33,319 nucleotides of DNA from NCBI GenBank assembly GCA_964361435.1, contig CAYIAN010000001.1, forward strand, positions 1 to 33,319, read 5' to 3'. Position numbers and translations under genes: made by a program. Shown here one piece after another: positions 8,728 through 17,033 of this stretch (position 1 is the stretch's first letter; each line of letters begins with the position of its first letter). The notes under the pieces are model-generated. The model saw only the letters and a program-made list of their open reading frames with translations. It was not told the DNA's origin and did no database searches. This stretch comes from an uncultured Candidatus Saccharibacteria bacterium. Its GTDB lineage: Bacteria; Patescibacteriota; Minisyncoccia; UBA6257; Colwellbacteraceae.

Positions 8728-11592
8728 ATGTGGGATTCAAGAAAAAGGAATCTATTCAAAGCCCTAGCGGTGTTGGGTGTTTTTCTCATTGTGGGGGTGG
8801 CAAAAGTTAAGGCTATTGGGATTTTCGCGCTTGGCGGAATCGGTCTCGTGATCTCATCCATTTTTGGCTTAGACCTATTTGGTAATTTTATAGGAGGTTT
8901 GGTAGGCGAGGTCGCCGAAGGAATAGCCGGCTTACTAACCATTGTCATTCAAGTTCTGGGAAATGTTCTCTTCAGTGCCGTAACGGGATTTTTGGAGCTC
9001 TCTATGGAGCTCAATAGCTACATCCAGGACAGTCCTATCGTCCAGGATGGATTCTGGGTTGCGCTGACGGTAGCTAACTTGGGTCTGGTTGTGGGGATAC
9101 TAATCATTGCCATAGCTACTATGGTCAGAGCTGACTGGTTAGTAGAACCAAGAACTTCTATCCCCAAATTCATTGCGGCAGCACTTTTGATAAACTTTGG
9201 ACTTTTTATTGGTACTAACCTGCTCATTAAACCCGTTGATACTATTTCTCGGGTTATTTTTGAGGCGTCTAATATTGGGAGTAATAGTTTTGCGGGGATT
9301 TTCCGACCAAAGTTGGGCATAGACCTCCAGCTTAATGCTCAACTGAATATAGCTGATCTTACTCCAGAAGAGACTCCTTTGGCTGAGGGAATAATAAGTT
9401 ACTTTTTGCTAAGAGAAGATCAGTTAGCTCCAAAAATTGACGCAGAGTTGAGAAGCCGCGAAAAAAAGGAAGCAAATTTTTTTAATACTTCCTATGTGCC
9501 CATTGGGAGAACTCCTGATAATGAAATAATTTATGTTTCTGAGGATGCGCGCCGCGCCGTGAAAGAAGCGATCCTAAGGCATACCGATAAAATGCTTGCC
9601 GCTCATGGTGGGGAAGACCCAGGGGGTCCAGATCCTCTATTTATTGAACCAGGGGTGCTATACTTCGATGAAACATATCTTACCGAGGATGGCTATAAGA
9701 GTTTAATCGAACATGCTCTGGGAGCAGGCGATGCCCCATATAGTTATTACGCCGAGCCTGGCGCCCTAGATGCTCTCGTAACCTCTATTAACAACATTGT
9801 TAAGGGTGAGTTGGGTAAGACCAAAAATTTACCATCAAGCCAAGACCTCACCGGCAATACGGTTTCATCTGATGATACGATCAGTCAAGAAATAGGATTT
9901 GAGTGCACACTCTGGACGGGTACTGATTCTCAAAACTGCAAATATCTATTTAAAGTTGTGGGAAAGGCAATAAAAGAGCCTGAGGGCCTTAAAAAAGCGG
10001 CTGTGGTTCTATCGGAAGTGCTTTTCTATGCCTTGTTTGTTTTCCTCGGCGTATTCACGCTTCTAACGGTAGCTGTTCTCATGTTTATGAGGTACATCGC
10101 GCTCTCGATTTTGCTTATCCTTTTCCCATTTACTTGGTTAGGGTGGATATTCCCCAAAATAAGTGGTTTAGGGAATATATGGAAATCTTGGTGGACTGAA
10201 TTTATGAAATGGCTTTTGTTCGGTCCGATATCCTTATTCTTCGTATACCTCGCCGTTCAAGCTGCCTCATCCAGAGAAAAACTCATTCCCCTTAGTGTAG
10301 ACCGCATCGGAAAAGGGACGCTTGCCACTATCTCCGCGTCTATTGGAGATATGGCTGTGGTAATAGGGCTAATGATTGGAGGTGTAATTGTCGCGAAGAA
10401 AATGGGCGTTAAGGGAGCCGGTTTGTTCTACGGCGGGTTAACTAAGATGCGTAACAAGGTTGGTGCTCTAGCAAAGCGGGGAGCTCTAATGCCATTTAGC
10501 CCAATTGCTAAAAGATACAAATGGGGCAAAGAGAATATAAAAAGTGCTGCACGTGCTGGCTGGGCGGGTTGGAGAACTAGCGGAGATAGAACTAAAGGCG
10601 GTAGAAACCTACTGGATGCACTAGCTTCTTCTTCTAATCCATTAATGGCGGCGTGGGGCAGAAATAGACAAGGAAGGGCAGCTCGCGCAGAAGAGATTTT
10701 GCGAAAACACGACGAACGTAAGTTTATGTACAGAGATGAAGAGGGTAAACTCCAGCACACGCCTGGTGGGCAAAGAAGATCCCAGATGCTAAAGGGATTA
10801 AATGAAAAGGCTCTAAAGGAAAAGGCACGTTATGGGAAGACATCCGTAGGCACTCTAAGAGACATGGCTGCCCTGGCACAATCTTTACACGACGCCGGTT
10901 ATGATTGGGAAGCGCCATTTATGGAGTCAGCAGCAATACTTAGCGAAAATGGATATTACCTAGGGGGTGGTCTCCAGCAAATGGAGAATGAATTGAATGA
11001 AACTGGATTGGCTCCTACGGCCATGCAAGCCATAGCCAGGGGAGCAAGTCACGCCGATATCGTTACAGCTATGGACGATGAGTTTAGTAAGATAGGCACC
11101 CTCAAGACAGATCCTAAACTACTCCAAGATAAACCTCTTTTTGGCATGGATTCATATCAATGGGCATCGTATCAGGCTGCATACCTAGAATATATAACAA
11201 AGCATAGACCATCTGACCTAACAAAAACCGTTAATGCCGCGTCTGCCAACACTAGGATGAAGTTACAGGGCATTGCACAACAAGAGTTAGGGAGGTTTGA
11301 GACAAGCATTATGGGTGGGGGGTTTACTTTGGCTGGGGCTCCTATTCCGCTCGCTGATGTTCCCATTCCGACTACATCGGGTAGCATTCGATGGGGAGAC
11401 GCTGGCCCCCAACAGAAAGTAAAGTTTATGCAGGATGAGATAAATAATGGAACCCTAATGGGGCAACACATACAAAGGCTTATTGGTCAACAAGGAGTTA
11501 ATATGCCTATTAACGCTATATTAGACACGCTGGTAGGGCTTGATAGGGCAGCCCGCGCCGGTCTTGGATCATGGTTTATACCAACCCCATAA
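8728..11592 (+). CDS. Large polytopic membrane protein, VirB6/TrbL-like candidate, with a long C-terminal soluble domain
   Basis: 954 aa. A signal/TM N-terminus and a first TM bundle cover residues ~10-190. A ~230-aa hydrophilic loop with one Cys pair (FECTLWTGTDSQNC) covers ~197-423. A second TM bundle covers ~424-555, followed by a ~400-aa basic/helical tail. The call rests on topology and on position directly upstream of the PrgI and VirB4 genes. No sequence motif was recognised. Confidence 0.45.
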   Translation: MWDSRKRNLFKALAVLGVFLIVGVAKVKAIGIFALGGIGLVISSIFGLDLFGNFIGGLVGEVAEGIAGLLTIVIQVLGNVLFSAVTGFLELSMELNSYIQDSPIVQDGFWVALTVANLGLVVGILIIAIATMVRADWLVEPRTSIPKFIAAALLINFGLFIGTNLLIKPVDTISRVIFEASNIGSNSFAGIFRPKLGIDLQLNAQLNIADLTPEETPLAEGIISYFLLREDQLAPKIDAELRSREKKEANFFNTSYVPIGRTPDNEIIYVSEDARRAVKEAILRHTDKMLAAHGGEDPGGPDPLFIEPGVLYFDETYLTEDGYKSLIEHALGAGDAPYSYYAEPGALDALVTSINNIVKGELGKTKNLPSSQDLTGNTVSSDDTISQEIGFECTLWTGTDSQNCKYLFKVVGKAIKEPEGLKKAAVVLSEVLFYALFVFLGVFTLLTVAVLMFMRYIALSILLILFPFTWLGWIFPKISGLGNIWKSWWTEFMKWLLFGPISLFFVYLAVQAASSREKLIPLSVDRIGKGTLATISASIGDMAVVIGLMIGGVIVAKKMGVKGAGLFYGGLTKMRNKVGALAKRGALMPFSPIAKRYKWGKENIKSAARAGWAGWRTSGDRTKGGRNLLDALASSSNPLMAAWGRNRQGRAARAEEILRKHDERKFMYRDEEGKLQHTPGGQRRSQMLKGLNEKALKEKARYGKTSVGTLRDMAALAQSLHDAGYDWEAPFMESAAILSENGYYLGGGLQQMENELNETGLAPTAMQAIARGASHADIVTAMDDEFSKIGTLKTDPKLLQDKPLFGMDSYQWASYQAAYLEYITKHRPSDLTKTVNAASANTRMKLQGIAQQELGRFETSIMGGGFTLAGAPIPLADVPIPTTSGSIRWGDAGPQQKVKFMQDEINNGTLMGQHIQRLIGQQGVNMPINAILDTLVGLDRAARAGLGSWFIPTP

Positions 11593-11611
11593 ATTATCTT
11601 TGATTAACAAA

Positions 11612-12439
11612 ATGTTCGATAACGAAAAAATAAGTAGGAGAATGGACTCCATGACGGACATTATTAAGGATGCTTTTTTCTCTGAAGATAACCGACAACT
11701 TGTGATTTCTATTTGTGGAGATTACCACCTAAGTGACGAGCGCACTGCTGGTGTCGGGAGAAGTTTGGGATATCTTCTTTTAGGACTTATTTTCCCAAAA
11801 GATCTTCCATCTCAAATAGTCAAAGAAGCTAATATAGATCCCAGAATCGCCGCAGAGATAGCACAGGAGATAGATCACAAAATAATATTGCCTCCCTTAG
11901 CTATAGAATTAAACAAAGTCTACGGCTTCAAATTGGATATTGTAGACGTACCAAGGATGGTTCTCCAAACACAAGTCGAGCGGGTTACTGCCCCGACTAT
12001 CACCGAGGCAGAGCAAGTAACGCAAGTTGAACCTCCCCATCAAGACATTGCAACCGTACCTATTAAGTCCGTACCGGATCAAACTCAAGTAGCCCCTCTT
12101 GTTATGCACAAGCGTGTCTCCTCGGAACCTACCCCCATTCAAACGGGTGGTGGATATCCCAATGGTTTGGTGCGCCCCAGTTTTTATACTCCGGAAACTA
12201 GTAACCCCAATGTGGACGAATCTACTCCCGTAGCACGCCTCGAGATAGGGATTAATACTCCGAACGAAGAACCCCAGACCACTCGCGTGGGGAAAGAAAA
12301 AGCGCAGGTTGTCCACTACAGCGCCCCCGAAGTCGCTCCGGACCCATTCTCCGGGACACCAAAACCAACTTCCAAAGCAGAACCCAAGAAGAACATTAAC
12401 CCAGATAATGTGGTCAACCTAAAAGATTTGCCTCAATAA
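11612..12439 (+). CDS. Hypothetical protein: helical N-domain plus Pro/Thr/Gln/Val-rich disordered tail
   Basis: I chose ATG 11612 (MFDNEKISRR...), since the track extension 11540..11611 overlaps the previous gene. The N-terminal ~130 aa look globular (DAFFSEDNRQLVISICGDYHLSDERTAG...LLLGLIFPKDLPSQIVKEANIDPRIAAEIAQEIDHKI). The rest is low complexity (TAPTITEAEQVTQVEPPHQDIATVPIKSVPDQTQVAP...). The stop shares 1 nt with the next start. Confidence 0.5.
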   Translation: MFDNEKISRRMDSMTDIIKDAFFSEDNRQLVISICGDYHLSDERTAGVGRSLGYLLLGLIFPKDLPSQIVKEANIDPRIAAEIAQEIDHKIILPPLAIELNKVYGFKLDIVDVPRMVLQTQVERVTAPTITEAEQVTQVEPPHQDIATVPIKSVPDQTQVAPLVMHKRVSSEPTPIQTGGGYPNGLVRPSFYTPETSNPNVDESTPVARLEIGINTPNEEPQTTRVGKEKAQVVHYSAPEVAPDPFSGTPKPTSKAEPKKNINPDNVVNLKDLPQ

Positions 12440-12978
12440 TGCAGTTTCAAGTCCCTCAATTTATAGAAACTGAAGATAAGGTAGTTGGTCCCTTGAGCCT
12501 CCGTCAATTTGCATACATTGGAACAACTGTAGGCATATCCGCCATACTTCTTTTCGTATCAGAGTTGTGGTTCTGGGCCATTATGTCCATACCAATAATA
12601 GGAGCTGGTGGGGTATTGGCCTTTGGGAAAGTGAATGGCCGACCAATCTCCATATTCATAAAAGCGCTCTTTCAAAGTATCTGGGCTCCGAGCGTGTATA
12701 TCTTCCGCCCCAAGGAGCAGGCAAAACCCATCCCCCTCGGGAAGATCAAAACCGTTGAGCCCAAACCCCCAAAGGGTTCCTCTTTGCCCAAACCGGATTT
12801 CAAGGGAATTAAAAACCTATGGCAGCAGATCAATACATCCAAAAATGCCATTCCCAAAAGAGAAAAGGCCCTCCCGGCTCGAGCTCAAAGTTTTTCCCAG
12901 TTCAAAGAAAGGTTTGAGGCTGTACGCCAAATCACCGGGGAACGTGAGGTGGCAAGGCGCATAGATTACAGATCATAA
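12439..12978 (+). CDS. PrgI family protein (VirB3-like T4SS inner-membrane component)
   Basis: The N-terminus MQFQVPQFIETEDKVVGPLSLRQFAYIG, followed by two adjacent TM helices, is the hallmark of PrgI-family proteins of Gram-positive conjugation systems. It sits immediately upstream of the VirB4-type ATPase. Confidence 0.7.
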   Translation: MQFQVPQFIETEDKVVGPLSLRQFAYIGTTVGISAILLFVSELWFWAIMSIPIIGAGGVLAFGKVNGRPISIFIKALFQSIWAPSVYIFRPKEQAKPIPLGKIKTVEPKPPKGSSLPKPDFKGIKNLWQQINTSKNAIPKREKALPARAQSFSQFKERFEAVRQITGEREVARRIDYRS

Positions 12979-12988
12979 AGGCTTAGCG

Positions 12989-12994
12989 TATAAT
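12989..12994 (+). promoter_or_regulatory. -10 box (TATAAT) 9 nt upstream of the VirB4 ATG
   Basis: The sequence is GCGTATAATTcatgtaatATG. The spacing implies an essentially leaderless transcript. A weak -35 (ATTACA) lies at 18-nt spacing. Confidence 0.4.
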
Positions 12995-13003
12995 TCATGT
13001 AAT

Positions 13004-15391
13004 ATGGCTGACCCCACTGGAGGACGTACACAAGATCTAATCCCCATAAAAACTATCCGCAATGGGATCGTATATCTCAAGGATGGTTCTTTGCGAAAGG
13101 TTATATTGGTAGATGGGACGAATTTTGACCTGAAATCGGAGGAGGAACAAGAGCTTATAATCAACGGTTACCGGGATCTACTCAATGCATTGGACTTTTC
13201 GCTCCAAATTCATGTTCACTCCAGAAAACTGAACGTGGAGGCATATCTGGAGAATCTCGCTAGCCATTTAGACAATGAGGATAATCCTCTAGTTAGGACT
13301 CAGATTGAAGAATACGTTAAGTTTGTTGATTCTTTCGTGGAAGAAAGCGCCATCGTGGCCAAGAGTTTTTTCGTAGTTGTACCGTATAATCCAACCGGAT
13401 TACCTAGCGCAGAAGATGCTGTCTCCTTCGTAGATAAACTTTTCAGAAAAAATAAGAAGGGCCCTTCTCCGCAACTAAACGAAGAGCTCGTTGGCGAAGA
13501 ACAAACTCACTCTGCTTACATTGAACAACTTCACCAGAGAGTAGAGCAAATTTTATCTAGCCTTCACAAAATCGGCTTAAGAGCCATCCCCTTAGAAGAT
13601 CCGGAACTGCTTGAACTTTTCTTTAACACATATAATCCCACAACTGTTGAAACCCGAGGCAAGGAAGTTGGGCAGAAGGGTGCAAAAGGAGCAGAGGGGG
13701 TAGACGAGCTTATCGCTCCATCGTCCCTGGAAGTTAAGCCGAGCTATTTGAAAATTGGCGAGAAGTATACAAAAACTCTATTTGTTTTTAACTACCCCCG
13801 TTACCTGACGACTGGCTGGCTTGCGCCCATCGTGAATCTTCCCGAAACAATGGACGTTTCTATGTTCATCCACCCCACAGATACTGGAGTCGTATTGCGC
13901 AACCTCCGCAAAAAAGTGGCTCAGATAGAGTCCCAAATTACGGATAACGCCCAAAGGGGGCTGGTACGCGATCCCTCTTTGGAAACCGCGCTAGCTGATG
14001 CAGAAAGTCTGCGCGATGGTCTTCTCCAATCGCAGGAAAGGTTTTTCGATACGGCTATATACATCACAATTTATGCAGATTCCGAGAAAGAGCTTGATCG
14101 TTTGGAAGCAGACATTATTAATACCCTGGATACAAAATTGATTAACGTCCGATCTGCTCAGTTTGAACACTTAAAAGGATTTGATTCGACCATGCCCATA
14201 GCCAAAGATTCTCTCGGCATCCATTCTCCTCTTAACTCAGGACCTGTTTCCTCCGCTTTTCCGTTTGTATCGTCCAGCCTGACCTCGGATGAGGGAGTGA
14301 TGCATGGGATCAATCTTCACAATAATTCTTTAATTATCTTTGACCGCTTCTCCCTGGAAAATGCAAATATGACTATCTTCGCTAAGGCCGGTTCTGGCAA
14401 GTCGTATGCGGCCAAGTTAGATATTCTCCGCAGCCTTATGCTCGGAACGGAAATTATAGTAATTGACCCGGAGGATGAATATATCCGCCTAGCCGAAGAG
14501 GTGGGTGGGGCAGTCTTTAAAATCTCTCTGGATTCGAGCAGCCACATTAATCCCTTTGATATTCCCATTATTCCCGAGGGGGAAAGCCCCAATGAGGTTC
14601 TGAAAAGTCATATAGTTAACTTAACTGGGCTGGTAAAGCTTATGTTGGGAAAAGTTACCCCGGAAGAAGAATCTCTTTTAGACCAAGCCATTACTCAAAC
14701 ATACGCTTCCAGAGACATAATCGCCGGACAAGATTTTTCCAAGAAAACTCCCCCTCTGCTTGAAGACTTGGAGTCGGTGCTCCGTGATACCGACGGCGCC
14801 AAAGGAATGGCTGAACGATTGTATCGGTTTACCAAAGGCAGTTACGCCGGCTTCACTAACCAGCCGACTAATGTAAATATAGAAAATCGCATTATTGTCT
14901 TTTCTATCAGGGATCTGGAAGAAGAGTTGCGCCCCATCGCCATGTATATCATTTTAAACTTCATCTGGAGCCTTATTCGGGCTGAACTAAAGAAACGCAT
15001 GATGGTTATTGATGAGGCTTGGCTGCTGATGAAAAATGAAGACAGTGCCTCTTTTCTGTACGGGTTAGCCAAGCGAGCGCGCAAATACTATCTCGGAATA
15101 ACCACCATCACCCAGGACGTAGAGGATTTCTTGGGATCGCCCTACGGCAGACCCATCATCACCAACTCTTCATTACAGCTTCTCCTTAAACAATCGCCCG
15201 CTGCTATAGACTTGGTGGGCAAGGCATTTGATCTCACTAATGTGGAACGTAGCTATCTCCTGGAGGCGGATGTGGGGCAGGGGCTCTTTATAGCCGGGTT
15301 AAAACGCGTGGCCATTAGGATAGTTCCCTCTTTCTTTGAGAATAAGCTAATTACAACCAATCCCGAAGAGCTCCTAGCGGAGAAAGGCTAG
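13004..15391 (+). CDS. virB4: VirB4/PrgJ/TrsE-type type IV secretion ATPase
   Basis: 795 aa. The N-terminal region is VirB4-like (IPIKTIRNGIVYLKDGSLRKVILVDGTNFDLKSEEEQ). Walker A is AKAGSGKSYAAK (14387..14404) and Walker B is MMVIDEAWLLM (from 14999). Downstream is KRARKYYLGITTITQDVEDF. Confidence 0.85.
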   Translation: MADPTGGRTQDLIPIKTIRNGIVYLKDGSLRKVILVDGTNFDLKSEEEQELIINGYRDLLNALDFSLQIHVHSRKLNVEAYLENLASHLDNEDNPLVRTQIEEYVKFVDSFVEESAIVAKSFFVVVPYNPTGLPSAEDAVSFVDKLFRKNKKGPSPQLNEELVGEEQTHSAYIEQLHQRVEQILSSLHKIGLRAIPLEDPELLELFFNTYNPTTVETRGKEVGQKGAKGAEGVDELIAPSSLEVKPSYLKIGEKYTKTLFVFNYPRYLTTGWLAPIVNLPETMDVSMFIHPTDTGVVLRNLRKKVAQIESQITDNAQRGLVRDPSLETALADAESLRDGLLQSQERFFDTAIYITIYADSEKELDRLEADIINTLDTKLINVRSAQFEHLKGFDSTMPIAKDSLGIHSPLNSGPVSSAFPFVSSSLTSDEGVMHGINLHNNSLIIFDRFSLENANMTIFAKAGSGKSYAAKLDILRSLMLGTEIIVIDPEDEYIRLAEEVGGAVFKISLDSSSHINPFDIPIIPEGESPNEVLKSHIVNLTGLVKLMLGKVTPEEESLLDQAITQTYASRDIIAGQDFSKKTPPLLEDLESVLRDTDGAKGMAERLYRFTKGSYAGFTNQPTNVNIENRIIVFSIRDLEEELRPIAMYIILNFIWSLIRAELKKRMMVIDEAWLLMKNEDSASFLYGLAKRARKYYLGITTITQDVEDFLGSPYGRPIITNSSLQLLLKQSPAAIDLVGKAFDLTNVERSYLLEADVGQGLFIAGLKRVAIRIVPSFFENKLITTNPEELLAEKG

Positions 15392-15392
15392 T

Positions 15393-15866
15393 ATGGGGGA
15401 CGGCGAGAAACCAATATCTATAGGCGAGGCTACTTTCATTGTTCTTTTGGTTTTACCAAGTGACATTTTGGAGATGGTTACTGGTCCTCTTTTGTTTTTG
15501 GGTCCTCTTTTTATATTTTTCGATATGGTTGTATGGTTTGGGGTTACCGTATGGATAACCATGAAGGGGGTTCATGTTCCAAAGTCCCTAGCTAAGTGGG
15601 GGGTGGCCAACCTCATTGAGCTCATCCCCATTGTGGAAATAGCGCCCATTAGAACTATTAACTTAATACTGTTAATACGCAAAGCCAATGCCTCCGCCGG
15701 GACTTCCCCACAAGGGAGCGTTGAGGGGGAAGAAGAGGAGGAGGAAGATGAGGGGGCGAATGATGACTTCGAACTTTGGGAGGAAGAGTTGGGGGTTACC
15801 CCGCCCGATAATGAAAGTGAAGGGGGTGCTGAAGAAAACGAAGAGTCGCTAGAGAGCGTCTCCTAA
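15393..15866 (+). CDS. Small integral membrane protein with a poly-acidic C-terminal tail
   Basis: 157 aa. It starts 1 nt after the VirB4 stop. It has about 3 TM helices, then GSVEGEEEEEEDEGANDDFELWEEELGV...GGAEENEESLESVS. No family was recognised. Confidence 0.55.
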   Translation: MGDGEKPISIGEATFIVLLVLPSDILEMVTGPLLFLGPLFIFFDMVVWFGVTVWITMKGVHVPKSLAKWGVANLIELIPIVEIAPIRTINLILLIRKANASAGTSPQGSVEGEEEEEEDEGANDDFELWEEELGVTPPDNESEGGAEENEESLESVS

Positions 15867-16297
15867 AAGTCGGTGGGTCTCACCACCACGTGCCTTTCTC
15901 TATCTTCTCCGTCGCTTTCCGTCTCGACGTCTGGACGCATAGACAGTTCGGTGTGTACGATTCTGCGTTCATAAGCATTCATTGACGGCAACGGCACCCG
16001 CTCTTTGGTGGCCACCGCCTTCCTCGCAGCCACTCTGGCTAATTTAATAATCAAAGATTCTCTATCTTTTCGATAGTCGTTTATGTCGACTAACACGTGA
16101 TCTCCGCCTTCTTTGCGGGCAATCTGACGGGCTAGGTGAGTTAACGAATCCACTAACTCAGGGATTCTCCCCTGAGAAATGCTTTTGTCTTTTATAGAGA
16201 TCGATATGCGATTTTCCTCTTGGATTATCTCAACTTTTAGTTCATCAAAGCCTATCCAATCAAATATTTCCCTTATTTTCTCCCTGGCTTTTTCCAT
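15863..16297 (-). CDS. jag: Jag/KhpB-like RNA-binding protein (KH + R3H domains)
   Basis: The R3H region is PLPSMNAYERRIVHTELSMRPDVETESDGEDRERHVVVRP. The position immediately downstream of yidC is canonical. Confidence 0.8.
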   Translation of the reverse strand: MEKAREKIREIFDWIGFDELKVEIIQEENRISISIKDKSISQGRIPELVDSLTHLARQIARKEGGDHVLVDINDYRKDRESLIIKLARVAARKAVATKERVPLPSMNAYERRIVHTELSMRPDVETESDGEDRERHVVVRPTDF

Positions 16298-17030
16298 GGC
16301 TGCCTAATAATAGCTTCTTTCCCTCCTCTTTGTTAAGGGAACGGTTCACTATGAGCTGTTGGAAGATGGAAAACACGGTAGTGGTACCCCAATAGAGCCC
16401 TATAGCTGCCGGCAGGTTGAAAAGGATTACGACTGTCAAGATTGGCATAAATGTCACCATATTCTGGCCAACCTTCTCTGCTTTAGAGGGTTGCTCCTTA
16501 CTTTTTCCTTTCTTTTTGGCCAAAGAGAGTTTCCCTTGGACATACTGAGCCAAGGCGGCAAACCCCACTAGCCATATGTTACTCTGCCCCAAATCAATCA
16601 ATCCCAAAAATGTCTGGTTTGGTAACTCTGGCAGGGTAATCGATGGATATAAAAGATTAAGGGCTTCCGCCGAAAACCCATTCATAAAGATTCTATAAAG
16701 AACAATGACGATTGGGATTTGAACAAGTAGGGCTAGGAGGGGAGTTAAGGGATTAACCTTGTGTTCATTGTATAACTCCATTATTTTTTGCGCCTGGGTT
16801 TCTTTATCCTCCTTATGATGTTTTTGAATGCGCTTAATCTCTGGTTGGAGATTTTGGGTTATCCTCTGATGCTTAACCGTTTGGTGGAATAGGGGGAAAA
16901 GCAAAAGGCGCACCCCGAGGGTTAACAAAATGATGGCCATCCCCAGATCTTCAAAAGCAATGTTCTCGTAAAGCCATGCAAGGGCATTAAAAAGAGGTCT
17001 ATATAGCGTTGCCGTGAAAAATGCTTTCAT
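16260..17030 (-). CDS. yidC: Membrane protein insertase YidC (short form)
   Basis: 256 aa. It has GMAIILLTLGVRLLLFPL, QPEIKRIQKHHKEDKETQAQKIMELYNEHKVNPL and PAAIGLYWGTTTVFSIFQQ. The synteny is rnpA-yidC-jag. Confidence 0.85.
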   Translation of the reverse strand: MKAFFTATLYRPLFNALAWLYENIAFEDLGMAIILLTLGVRLLLFPLFHQTVKHQRITQNLQPEIKRIQKHHKEDKETQAQKIMELYNEHKVNPLTPLLALLVQIPIVIVLYRIFMNGFSAEALNLLYPSITLPELPNQTFLGLIDLGQSNIWLVGFAALAQYVQGKLSLAKKKGKSKEQPSKAEKVGQNMVTFMPILTVVILFNLPAAIGLYWGTTTVFSIFQQLIVNRSLNKEEGKKLLLGSHGKSQGENKGNI

Positions 17031-17033
17031 AAG

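Noticed and set aside
8728-15866. Interpretation of the T4SS-like block as an integrative conjugative element or plasmid insertion
   Set aside because: No integrase, relaxase, coupling protein, partition genes, flanking tRNA or direct repeats were seen. The immediate neighbours are rsmA and the origin-proximal jag-yidC-rnpA-rpmH operon. Promoter style and codon appearance match the surrounding genes.
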